Assembly: GCA_002269645.1 (NCBI GenBank)
Contig: NIVC01000622.1
Span: 251,424-315,423 of the forward strand
DNA: 64,000 nt
Direction of reading: 5' to 3'
Origin: Macrostomum lignano
Taxonomy: Eukaryota
In this document: in pieces, positions 53,297 to 64,000 of the stretch
How the letters are laid out: every line of letters begins with the position of its first letter
Position numbering within the stretch: position 1 is the stretch's first letter
The notes under the pieces: model-generated
Told to the model about the DNA's origin: nothing
The model's input: the letters and a program-made list of their open reading frames with translations, nothing else
The model's database searches: none
Made by a program: the position numbers and the translations under genes

Positions 53297-54518
53297 TTTG
53301 ATTCTTTGCAAGAGTCTAATGTGGCTGCTAATCTAGATTGCAGAAAAGTTGAGACTTAATAGAGGTTAAATACATACTGCTTTTTAGTTAGCAGCCAATG
53401 GACACGCCATCCAATGACAATGACGGCCTATCACCCGTTTTCACGTCTTTCAAGGCCTATCAACATCGTTCGTCAGGTTGAGCTCTAAGTCAATAAGTAT
53501 GGGTTTTAATGTCTGGAACCTAACGAGGCCTGTCAGATGCGTCTCATCAGGGGCATAGCCAGGACTCGTCATTGAGAGGCTGATATTCTATGCGCATTTT
53601 TCTAGTTTTGAATCGCTGTCTAATAAGTTGCTCAACTCGATTGGAAGATTTGAATTTATTTTATTATTTTTTTATTTTTTTTACATAATTTATCATAAAA
53701 ATTGTTTCGCCATAGCGAGCGACGTCTGCCTGTCTCCGGTTGAGAGGAAGATGGATGAAGGTTGAAGGGAATGACGAGGCGAGGGAGCTTCCTTCATCTG
53801 GTTCAAGGGGTGTTTCATCGTACATGTACATCGAAGGGGGGCAAAAAACCAATTATTTATCATATACTATGAAGAACGACATTGCTCGTATAAACACTGT
53901 ACAGGCTAGTATTGCCAGTCATTGGGAAGATGGCACTCTATTGGTTACGCCCTCCGTGAACTGTCTCATACGGCAGCAGGATAAAAAGTCTTTGTTTCAT
54001 TTGTTGTGCCCAAAAATGACTAATTTATAGATATAAGCGGTAAAGACGCTCCATAGCCCAATCGGCCTTTTTCATCGTTGACGCAGGCCAACAACTCTCC
54101 TTCAATTTCTTCATTTATGATCATCCTGAAAATTTGGATTTCTTCATGCTTCTCTTCGTAGAAGTCAAGCAACTCAGCAGAAATAAACTCCGACGTGTCT
54201 AGAGATGTTTTATTTTCCCCGCCAATTGATTCAGTTGAACAGCCAAGTAAACTATCTTTCTGGTCTCGCAGAATTTAAACCGCCGCCGTCTGCTCTGGTA
54301 GCTCGTTGCGCGAATTGACAGCCTTCTCTCCAGCCGGTGAAACTCCGACAACAATTGCACTCGTGTTCTTCTGCATTGACACAGATACACCGATGTGTCT
54401 CTCCACAGCGGAACTGGAATGTCCAGTCACGCGACATATGTCCGCACGCTGTACACCAGACACGAGTCCTCAGCCGACTTCGTTTTGGGGGGTATTCCTT
54501 TTTGCGGCTTAGATGGTA

Positions 54519-56081
54519 CTGCAAGCTTTCAATTTAATCATAGATACGGAAATCAGACTTGAGAGACAGAAAGTTTTTGTCTATGGTCGTCACTCGTTGA
54601 CATAGCGGAGTTCAATTTAAGCCTGAGGGCATCAATTTGATTATTCTAATCATTTAACGTTAGATATCCAGTGCTATAACACAAATCGTTTACCTATCCT
54701 TGAGAAAAACTAAAAGTAGAACTACACAATAAACAAATAAACGCTTTTAGCGCTGGGTGTCGTCGAGTCAAAAAAGGTTTAGAGGACTGGCTGTCCGGCG
54801 ATGCTGGGTGGAATAAACCCTCAGCATCTGCCGGTACAGCCTCCGAATTTTGCAGTAATTTTGCAGTCTGTAGGACAAGGATTTGCCACTCTCGTAGCGA
54901 ATGAGTGTCAGGCGGAGTGTCAAGCTTTTGCAATTGTGGTTGAGCCATCTGGCGTTTGATGGCTGCCTTCAGGCAAGCGTGCGCGTTTTCCACAGGATTG
55001 AGGAATGGCAAGTATGGAGGCAATGTCACCAGGCGCAAAGCGGGCTGAAATTGATCTGGGATATTGTCACTCCATGATGAAAACGGGTTCCATAATCAAA
55101 CAGAACTCCTCGCCATCAGGTACATCACCAGATCGCTTTGCACCAGATCATTGATGAACGTCTGGAACCTGGCTGCCGTCATAGTCTCTCCGAGTATCGT
55201 ATGATGTACCACGCCGAGATTAGGTGCAATTGCTTGCACAACGTTCATCTGCACTCCACGTTGCGTGTGAACTTTTGCGTCTAGGCTGCGACCTTGAGTC
55301 CGACGTGTCCAGATGTTAAAACTTGTCTCGTCGATGACAATCAAGTGAATCTCAGGGGACAATCCAGTCAACCTCTGAGCAAACTCTCAAAATTCGATTC
55401 TCTGCAGAATTTCTCGCGATTGGAATTTCGGCATCTCGGCTAAAGCATTTTAGAGTGATGAGCTGCTTGTCCAACATTCGGCTTACAGTTGACTCACATA
55501 CTTGCAACTCCGGATCCGCTTCACGAAGCTTAAGCTTCAGCTAGCAGAGGGTTTTCTTCAATTAATTCCAGTAGGTGCTGCACATGAGCGTCAGTAAGTT
55601 TCACTAGACGAGCACCTTCTCGACAATTAGTCGGTTCCTGCGACCAGTGAGTTCGTACCGCCTTCAAATCGAGCAAACAGTACGGACTTTCACCTAAGTA
55701 GCCACTGAGAAATTTTCATCGGAACATCGCCGCGCTCTTAGGCGGTGACAATCGGACCGCACTTCTCATCGCTAATCTTGTTGTACTGAACGCGGTGTAC
55801 TTAAGCTAGCTGGTCGATGTCGTCATTTGCTGGTCGATGTCGTTATTTGCAGTTTCAAAACTCCACTCACTGCCATCCTCTTCGAGTAGCTCGTCCAAAT
55901 TACTCATTTAAAAAAACAGGCCAGGTAAAAACAACTTACGATGACAGTAAAAATGTTCATTGAATACATAGAATGATCAAATTGATGTTTGATCTATGCC
56001 AACGAGTGTCGACGATAGACAGAAAATTCTCAGTCTCGCAAGTCTGATTTCCGTATCTATGATTAAACTGAAAGCTTGCAG
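54519..56081 (-). mobile_element. Tc1/IS630-like DNA transposon with a disrupted DDE transposase
   Basis: About 90-bp TIRs CTGCAAGCTTTCA.TTTAATCATAGATACGGAAATCAGACTTG; TA TSDs at 54517-54518 and 56082-56083; IVIDETSFN and LPPYLPFLNPVE motifs. Confidence 0.88.
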
Positions 56082-57761
56082 TAACAACTAGGCCGCAATA
56101 TTTGGCGTCGGCTACTAAAAAAACTTCTAAAATTCCCATTTTATTAACTTTAATAATAATATGGCGCGCTCTAAATAACTACTCCTAGTATAGCGGAGAA
56201 AATGTCAGCCGTATTTTATTGTCTGTTTAAATTCATCTGACGTATCTATCTAGTGCACAGAGGCTCCACTGCAGGGCAATGCCGTCATTCTCTACTATGA
56301 GTTGAATTTGCGGCACATAAGTCGTAGTCTTTAGAGCACAGCATTAAAATGAAATTGAAATTCCTGCCATCGGAGGCTGCGACCAAAGCCACGATCCGTT
56401 CTGCAAATTTATGAGCAGCTCATTGCTTCTGTCTCCGTGCTTCTGTCTTCGCTCTCTTGAAGTGCCCAGGTGCTTAATTTTTTGGCAGCCTATACTCATT
56501 TGAGGGCGTTCGGGGAGCCTTTGTGCTGCTCAGAATCTTTTCAAAGAACTTCTCCCCGTCCTCTTAGCCTGTCTATTTCTGAGAAGCGTGTGCTTGAATC
56601 TAATACAAAATGGCCGATCTCAGCTGAAGCGTAACAATGGCTCTTAGCATGAATGTCTCATCATGAGCTGTAGATAAAGCATGGAAGAGAAGCTTCCATA
56701 AATAGCCCGCGCTGAATGCTCTTCTTGGCTGCAGTCTCATATGAGCTACTGGAAACAAATAGGGGCATCTGTGAGCTTTGATTGTCTCCATCTCGTTTTC
56801 TTTCTAGCTGTCGTAATTGTATCGCATCATAAGTCTGGCAATCATACGGGTGGCTGCTGTTGTGTCTAACTGTCTGGACTTGAAACGCATGCACTTCTGA
56901 CCATCGTGTTTGTCCTGCAGTGTTTTGCCCGATTATTACTCTATTCGTCCCATCTCGCGTTCTAGCAAAAATTTAAACTTGAGAACGCCATTATTTCTGA
57001 TGAAAGACTTATTAGAAATTCACATTGAAGTGATGTTAAATATTTTTTTTCTAATTAGTGTGCTTATATTTGTAATTTGTATATTTTTACAATATTTCTC
57101 ACGCTGGAGTCAAGAGTTCTACAGCATTGATAAAAAACTTAGTTTTTAATGATTCATAAACTTTATGCAGCTTGAATTTAGGTATCAAATTTTTTAATTT
57201 AGGAAACTTGAGAAAGCGGTTTTAACTCCAAGTACAAGCTGCGAGGCGCGAGGCTAAAAGTCTAGAGTGTACATCTAAAAAATTGTCTTTTAATACAGAG
57301 CTGGAAGTATTATATATGGAAAGGGCCGGAAGTGGGACGGATGGAAGGAGTGCACAATGGCCACAGTAGGGAGAGCGCGGGTGAAACGATGGCTAATCTA
57401 CAAGAGAAAAAGGTTGAAAATACAAAACAAATTTGAGATAACCACTGAGCTCTCGTTTGATCGCGAGCAGGATGCGAAAGTAAGACGGCTTGAAGAAAGT
57501 CGACATCAAGAATGAAGAGTGCCCCATAGCGGCGCAGTACTTTAATTACTGGCTCACGGGATAGAAGGTAAAGATCATTGCGAAAAATTGGAGCGGACCA
57601 CGATACGAGTATCAAATTAGGCTCAGAAAGCCGTTAGTTCATCATCCGTTCATCAAATCATACCGTGAATTTTATAGCGACCGTTGATATCAAAATTTGT
57701 TTCAAGTGCTTGCTGTCTTCCATTTTAGTCAGTTACTTAGCTCGTTTTGTTAAGTCCGACA

Positions 57762-60700
57762 TTATTCAGATAGGAACTCGTGCTGCCACAGCTCCTGTGC
57801 TGAGCTTCTGTCCCTGCGGTCCTTGGCGGTGCAGCGGCTGTAGAAATCCCTCAGCTCTGCGGACCGGCCATCTGGAAGGGCAGGGGCACCGCTGTTAGCG
57901 ATTCTCAATGCGACTTGATAGATGCTTTGGTTGCCTCTGAAGGGCCTCGCGCCGGAGGCCATCTGGAAGACCGAGCAGCCGAACGCCCAGATGTCCGACT
58001 CTCTGCTGTACTGCACGCTGTCCGACTCTCCCGCTCCGAGCAGCTCTGGTGCCATGAAGTTCAGAGTGCCTTTGGGTGACTGAGTGGAGGCTGAGATGTG
58101 GCTGACTGACTGCTCCAGCTTGATTGACAAACCAAAGTCGATTAGCTTGATGGTTATGTTGTCGGCGCAAATGATGATATTGCTGCAGTTTATGTCTCTG
58201 TGGATCACGGGTGGCCTCCTATTGTGCATGTAGAGCAGGGCGCTGCAGATCTGCGAGCGGTCGGTCAGTGAGCAGTCATCATTCATGGGAGCATGGAACA
58301 GAAGCATCAAGGATGCACAATGCTCACCTGCTTGCTGAAGTCTCGAATCTTCAGCTCGTTCAGAGGCCTGTGGTTGATAAACCTCTCTAAGGTTTGGCCG
58401 TCCAGCAGCTCCATGAACACAACGACTGTGGCGGGCTCCGGCTGAGCGATGTGCAAGAACCTGACGATGTTGGGATGCCGCAGTCGGCACAGGTTTCTCT
58501 CGCTCTCGATAGCTCTGTGGATCTCCTTGCTCACAGAGTGCAGCTCATCACCGAGCTGCACAGGCAGTCTGAGAGTCTTGGCAGCGCACGTGACGTCAAT
58601 GTCAGTGATGACTTCATGGACCTCACCGAAGCCTCCGCGACCAATGAATCGAACGACGTCCCAGCGCTCCCGGAATGGTGAGCTGAGTTAGGTTTGTTAA
58701 GGATGTTTGAACTGAAGCAACAAGGAACTATTTTCTGATTTTTCTGTGCTCCCAGCTATTTCTGCCTTAGTTTCCCCTGCGCGAAAATGCATGCACTCAC
58801 AGAGATTCCTCGAAGAAAATCAAGTCCTTGAACCTGGAATAAACGAAATAAATGTAGTAACTTATCTTCGTGTCTACATGTAGTATTTTTTAAACCGCAG
58901 CTGGTTCATTCAGGAACTGAACTTGTCAAAGCAAACGTGCTTTGGACGCTATACATATTATATAATAATCAGCAAGATATGAAATCGGCAGTCAAAGTGT
59001 ACTGCAAACACCCACAATGCATCTCAATCAAAACTACTCATGCATGCACTTTAAAGTCGGAGTTTCTCCATTCTTCATGGAAACTCACCCAAGCAGCAGA
59101 TCAGCCAGTTCGGTCTTCTCATTCTGTCTGGCCAAATCCAGCGCAGTCTTGCCATCTTTGTTCTTCAGTCTCCAATCTGACCCGAGTCCAGCAGAACCTG
59201 GCTGACTGCAGCGGCGGTGGTGAGGGTCGCGGAAGTGGCTGCCTCCATGAGGGGCGTGGATTCCCAGTGATCTAACGCGTTGGCGGAGGCTCCAGAGTCC
59301 AGCAGAGCGGAGGCTGCGGCAGAATTGCCAGCCTTGGCTGCATGGTGCAGGCAACTGTCAGCCCATCTATCCGCATAGGTGGGGTCACCCAGCTGCATCA
59401 AATGTTTCAACAGAGCCCCATCACCGCTGCTCTGAGCTGCTAGCATCAACGCGGTTTGACACGACAAGTCAGGGAGGTCGCAACTGCCGCGGGTCGCCGC
59501 TCTCTGCAGCCCCGCCGAGTCGTCCGCCTTGGCCAGCCGCTGCAGTTCCTGTCGATCCGCTTCCTCCTGCAAAGGCGAGCGGGAAATTTGAGCACAGCTG
59601 CTCAGTTGCAGCCGCATCGGCACTGCAGATGCCGCTCACCTGGTCTGTCAGGCCGAAGATCATGCCGCTTTTGATAACAAACAGTCGCATCTCCCTGCAA
59701 CAACAAAACAAACTGTAATTTTTTGCCTTTCAATTTATGACAATTAATCATAATTATTTACTACTCATTACCCAATCTGCAAGCATATGAAGATTCTAAG
59801 TGGTTTTCAACCTTCCTCTGCCCTGCGCAGGGCCCTGCTTGGACTCAATCGCAGGGACATCAGGGCGGTGACCATGGCTCTCTCAGGTCATGGCTGTTTT
59901 GCCCGGCATCGATACCTCCAGGGAAAAATCCACAGTGAGGAATGCCCTGTCTGCCTCTCCGATGTCAAGAATGCGGAGCACTTCATCTATGAATGCCCCG
60001 CCTTTACTCAGGACAGGCTCACCTACTTCGGCCCAAACCCGGACCTCTCCGACGTTTTCAGGCCCAAGAATCTCTGCCAGCTCGTCTGCTACCTAAGGGC
60101 TACCGGGCGAGCGACCATCCACCTCCTGGACTCTCCAGAGGGGGACCGCGCTGCGGACAACGGCACCACCGGAACTCCCTGCGCGACACCGCTGCACTAG
60201 CTGCCCGTGGTCGCCAGGGGTTAGTGAAATCGGAGCCCCCTGCTCGATAAGTCAAGTAAGTCAAGTGGTTTTCAACAATTAGCATGGCGATAGCGTTTCA
60301 GATTTCTCACACGAAGCTTATTAAGCTGTTTCCTTCGAAGCAGCATATACTGGCATTCACGCAAAAAAATAAGTAATTTTAGTGATGATTTAACTAATCG
60401 ACCAGTTTATTGACTGATTCTGGCTTACCCAGCGAATGCGGCAATATTGAGACTAAAATTAAACAAAACTGCTCACTCACCGCTCGATGTAGCTGGCCAG
60501 CTCTGAGTGGCCGCTGAGCCTTGCCAGATCCGAAGCCGTCCGACCCTCGCGATCCTTCAGTCCGAGCAGCCGTGACCTCTTCGAGTTTCCGCGCCTACTG
60601 CACTCATTGAACCTCATCTGCCTGAGCAGGTGCAGCAGGTGCTTGGCGCATTTCCAGCTTCCAGTCCGCGCCGCCTCCATCAGCGGAGTGGTGTCGTTGT

Positions 60701-61104
60701 CGCTCCGCACCCACTTCGCATCGAACGACATCAGCGTCAGCAGCCGCAGGTGGTCCCATCGGGCTGCCAGGTGCGCAGCCGTGTCGCCGTTCGCGTCAGC
60801 CGCATTGGGGTTCGCGCCCAGCTCAAATAAGTACAATATGCACTTTTCAGTCTGCACGGGAGTCTCAGGAGCGTCGGCCACGAGCATTAGTATGTTCTTA
60901 CGATCTGAATCAACTTTAGTTACCAGGTTGTGCGTTGCCAGCTGCCTGACCTGGTTGTAGTCACCGCGGAGGACATAGTCGGCTAGAGTCTGAGGGTTTC
61001 AATGGTATTTCGGCATTGAAATTCCCGAGTGAGAGTCTGTGGATTTTAATTTGGATTCAACATTGAAATTTAATCTCACGGCAGCTGCTCACCCGGAGAT
61101 TCAT
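57762..61104 (-). CDS. Ankyrin-repeat Ser/Thr kinase (MAP3K/STE11-like domain); exons 61104-61093, 60989-60481, 59694-59640, 59566-59089, 58833-58801, 58682-58328, 58250-57762; one -1 frameshift near 59181
   Basis: Ankyrin repeats ([31 protein letters not shown]); kinase motifs [35 protein letters not shown]. Junctions are phase-compatible if one G is restored in a GGG run. Confidence 0.82.
59812..60262 (+). mobile_element. 5'-truncated LOA-like LINE insertion in kinase intron 2
   Basis: LSGHG...[20 protein letters not shown]-terminal finger; TAAGTCAAG tail; 14-bp TSD AAGTGGTTTTCAAC at 59798-59811 and 60263-60276. Confidence 0.9.
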
Positions 61105-61419
61105 GAGCTTTTAAAACAGTCACCAATTCTTTGACTGAGCACTGTCAGAATTGAACTCAAAAAAATTCTTCTCACCGTTCGTATCAAGATTTTAGCCAAT
61201 TTTGTTGCTTTATGTAGAACACGCATCACAAAGTTTTCTGCTCTCTCCCTCATTTTCTAATTTTCTAAATTTCAGCAGGTTGCTACTTGTATTAGTAGTG
61301 CATTAAGACTAGCTTTTGCTGCACTTTCAGGAACAGCTGCTTGCCTCTAGGGACAATAGTCTCATAAGTATTTTGGAGGTGTGCCTGGTAGAATGAAGTC
61401 TGAATATGAAGGCGTGGGA

Positions 61420-61650
61420 CAGTGCCAATCTTAATATGAATCTTCTTCTCAATCCTAATCTCAATTTTAATCTTGATCTCAATGTCAATCTCATTCTCAA
61501 TGTCAATCTCAATATCAATCTCATTTCCAATGTCAATCTCAATGTCAATCTCATTCTCAATCTCCTTCTCAATGTCAATCTCGACGTCAATTTTGATGTC
61601 AATGTCAATCTCAATGTCAATCTCAATGTCAATCTAAATGTCAATCTAAT
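61420..61650. repeat. Hexamer-based tandem repeat (aatctc/aatgtc)
   Basis: Direct inspection. Confidence 0.88.
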
Positions 61651-62141
61651 ACCGCTTCAAAAGGCAGACGAAAGCCGAGGCAAACGTTTTGAATACTTCA
61701 AAAAGTCTATTGAAAAGAAAAAAGAAAATCAAAGACGGCTTAAAACTTCACAATACAAAAAATTCGAATCCTCCAAAATAAAGTGTCAAGCTCACAAAAG
61801 TGACATACATTTTTAGTATTGACTCCGTCAGTTTGTCGTACAATTCTTTTTCGATTTTTCATCCAGCTACAAGCACGTATCCCAGCTGGCTCTATCGCTT
61901 TGTGATTGATGTGGGAGTTTAGTTGGCAATGTCAGCTTTAAGCCACCTGGTGGCGGAGTTGAGGATAATTGCAAGATTTTCCATCGCTGAAGAAAAAAAC
62001 CGCCTTTTCTGGCCTGGTTTAATTAGAGACTTGATATCACCGAAAATGATTCTGGAAAGCGATTTTAATTAACTTTTAGCGGCTTTTGTGATTAATTAGT
62101 TGTTCTCATATCTTATAACTCCAGTGTTGAACAATTATCCC

Positions 62142-62879
62142 TCAGCCACGCTGGTAGAGAGTCCAGTCGGGTCCGGTCAGGCTGACTGGCGGGTAGGCGA
62201 ACGCCAGCAGGTGGCAGGCGAGCAGCCGCTTGGAGAAAACGGCGGCCTGGCAGTCGGCTCTGGCGCTGCACTGAAGCAGGCAGTCCGCGTCAGACTGGGC
62301 AGCGGCCGGCCAGACGGAAGTCGAGTCGGAAGTCACCGGAGGGCTGGACGTCCGCACCACCGTGTAGGTGTTGTTGTCCAGACCTTATCAAAGAAAATTA
62401 ACTGTCTTGGCTCATTTTTTGTGTATGAATTCACTGCATATTTCTGAATTCTATTAGGCTGAAAGAAGCTTCATACCGGTAAAAGTCAGAGCGAACACCG
62501 AATTGCGGTAATATCCTCCGCATATCTTATTTGAGTTTCCAGAGCACTTCAAGCTACAGTCGCTCTCGTTAGCCTTGCCGTACGATCCGTAGGAGTTGCC
62601 GCAGAAGCACTCCTTGCTGTACTGCAGCCCGAAATAAACAAAACCGTTAAGAGCGCAGATGGCAGCACAGAATTCCGGCGACATCTCCCTGCCATTGGAG
62701 ACGCAATTGCAGGAGGTGACGCGGAACGAGCCAATGCTGATGAGGTTTCTCAGCCCGTTTATGTCTCTGCGAGCCTCTTTGTCAACGTAGCAGCCCAGAT
62801 AGAAGAGACTGACTAGCCTGCCAGTTACGCCAGCCAGGAGAGCGAAAAACAGAATTGACAGTTGATTTTCTCGGTTCAT
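62142..62879 (-). CDS. Secreted WSC + PAN/apple-like protein, copy 6 (exons 62879-62477 and 62383-62142; 214 aa)
   Basis: Signal peptide MNRENQLSILFFALLAGVTG; WSC domain; PAN exon nearly identical to copies 1 and 5. Confidence 0.87.
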
Positions 62880-63343
62880 TTTACAAACGCAGTTGATTTT
62901 TAGTTTGATAGCCGATTTGGTGGCGAAAAATCTTACGGAATTTTATAACCAAATTCTATCCTCACCAAAACCAATCACGCCTCATCCAATCAAAATGCAA
63001 TCCGGTATATAATTTTAATTCGTCTGCTTACTCATGGAGATCTTGAAATCTAGATTTTCGTGGCTGACAATAAGGCTAGCTATCCCAGTTTTGCCTTTAC
63101 TACAGGCTACACTCATGAAAAATATTGGTTGCATAAAAAACTTACTTTTTCATGCTTCACTGACAAAGAAATACGAGCTTACATTCTTTTTTGAGCAAAA
63201 AAGAGGCATCATAACAGTCTTAGTGTCAATCTTGTCAGAGAATTAAGTTTCATTTTATTTTCTGATAAAAGATATTTGCTCTCTTAATCAGCGAAAAGGA
63301 GCCAATGCAGATAAAAAAGCTTAAATACACTTTAACGGCTTAA

Positions 63344-64000
63344 CCTTATGATTACCAGTGGCATGCTGTGCATGCCATCGTTCATTCTGTCAATTGACCA
63401 TAGACAGATTTGAAGTCGATGGGAAAGCGAGTTTAGACAGAATCATTGTCTGACTCAACCAAATGGAATGCTATGCATGCCAAGGCCAAAAAACTGTTTG
63501 TATTGTCATACTGCGTCGGAGTGTCACAAAACAAATAGAAAACGACATACATTGCATGCACAAAGGTAAATCTTGAGAACATAAGGGCAAATGAAGCTGC
63601 ATGCAAGTGAATGAAAATAATTTTAGCAACAGTTCGATTACAGTTTCAGCAAAGCGCCAGCAATCAGTTAGCGAGTGCCACTCAAAGAAGCACGGCTCCA
63701 GGCAAAGCCCAGGCTGACCGTCACAGCCTTGGCAGAAGTAGACGGTCCGCTTTTCAGTCTGCGCTGGTAACAAACTCGGCAACGCTTGGTAGGCCGTTCT
63801 TGTGCTGCGGTAGCGGGTAGCTTTTCCAGCCGGTGATGAATTTCGCCTGGCTGACGGGGGAAGAGCCTGACGCTTAACTCTCGATCGACATTTCGCTGCT
63901 TTCAATCAAGTGCTTACACACCTTTCAGTGTAGCTGAGAAAGCTCATGGATCCACCTAGATGTCGGTACACAATCCAGGAGTTGCGAACCAGCTGCTGTA
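63344..64000 (-). mobile_element. 3' end of a decayed piggyBac-like transposon
   Basis: Frameshifted C-terminal Cys-rich domain RPTKRCRVC / KRTVYFCQGCDGQPGLCLEPCFFEWH; candidate terminus TTAA|CCTT at 63340-63347. Confidence 0.75.

Overview
Eukaryotic (animal) genomic DNA, repeat-rich, with GC-rich exons. The style suggests a free-living flatworm such as Macrostomum, but that is inference only. Host genes: intronless HPS4-like (3256-5058), the last two exons of a VPS13A/C-like gene (6143-7653), a small ankyrin protein with a Lys/Gly tail, intronless AMDHD1/imidazolonepropionase, a six-exon GATA4/5/6-class factor with an aberrant N-terminal finger and minisatellite-filled introns, and an ankyrin-repeat MAP3K-like kinase. 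From 34 to 63 kb lies a cluster of six intact two-exon genes for small secreted WSC+PAN/apple proteins, plus two orphan second exons; the WSC exon is divergent while the PAN exon is nearly invariant in several copies. Mobile DNA: a Penelope-like element whose RT appears to be reached from an upstream SGNH-like ORF through a U-UUA-AAC -1 frameshift site, a full-length LOA/R1-group LINE (13-bp TSD, TAATG stop-start overlap), LINE 3' fragments, tRNA-derived SINEs, four MITEs, and Tc1/IS630-like and piggyBac remnants. There are many mini- and microsatellites. Exon boundaries and alignments were worked out by hand, not computed.
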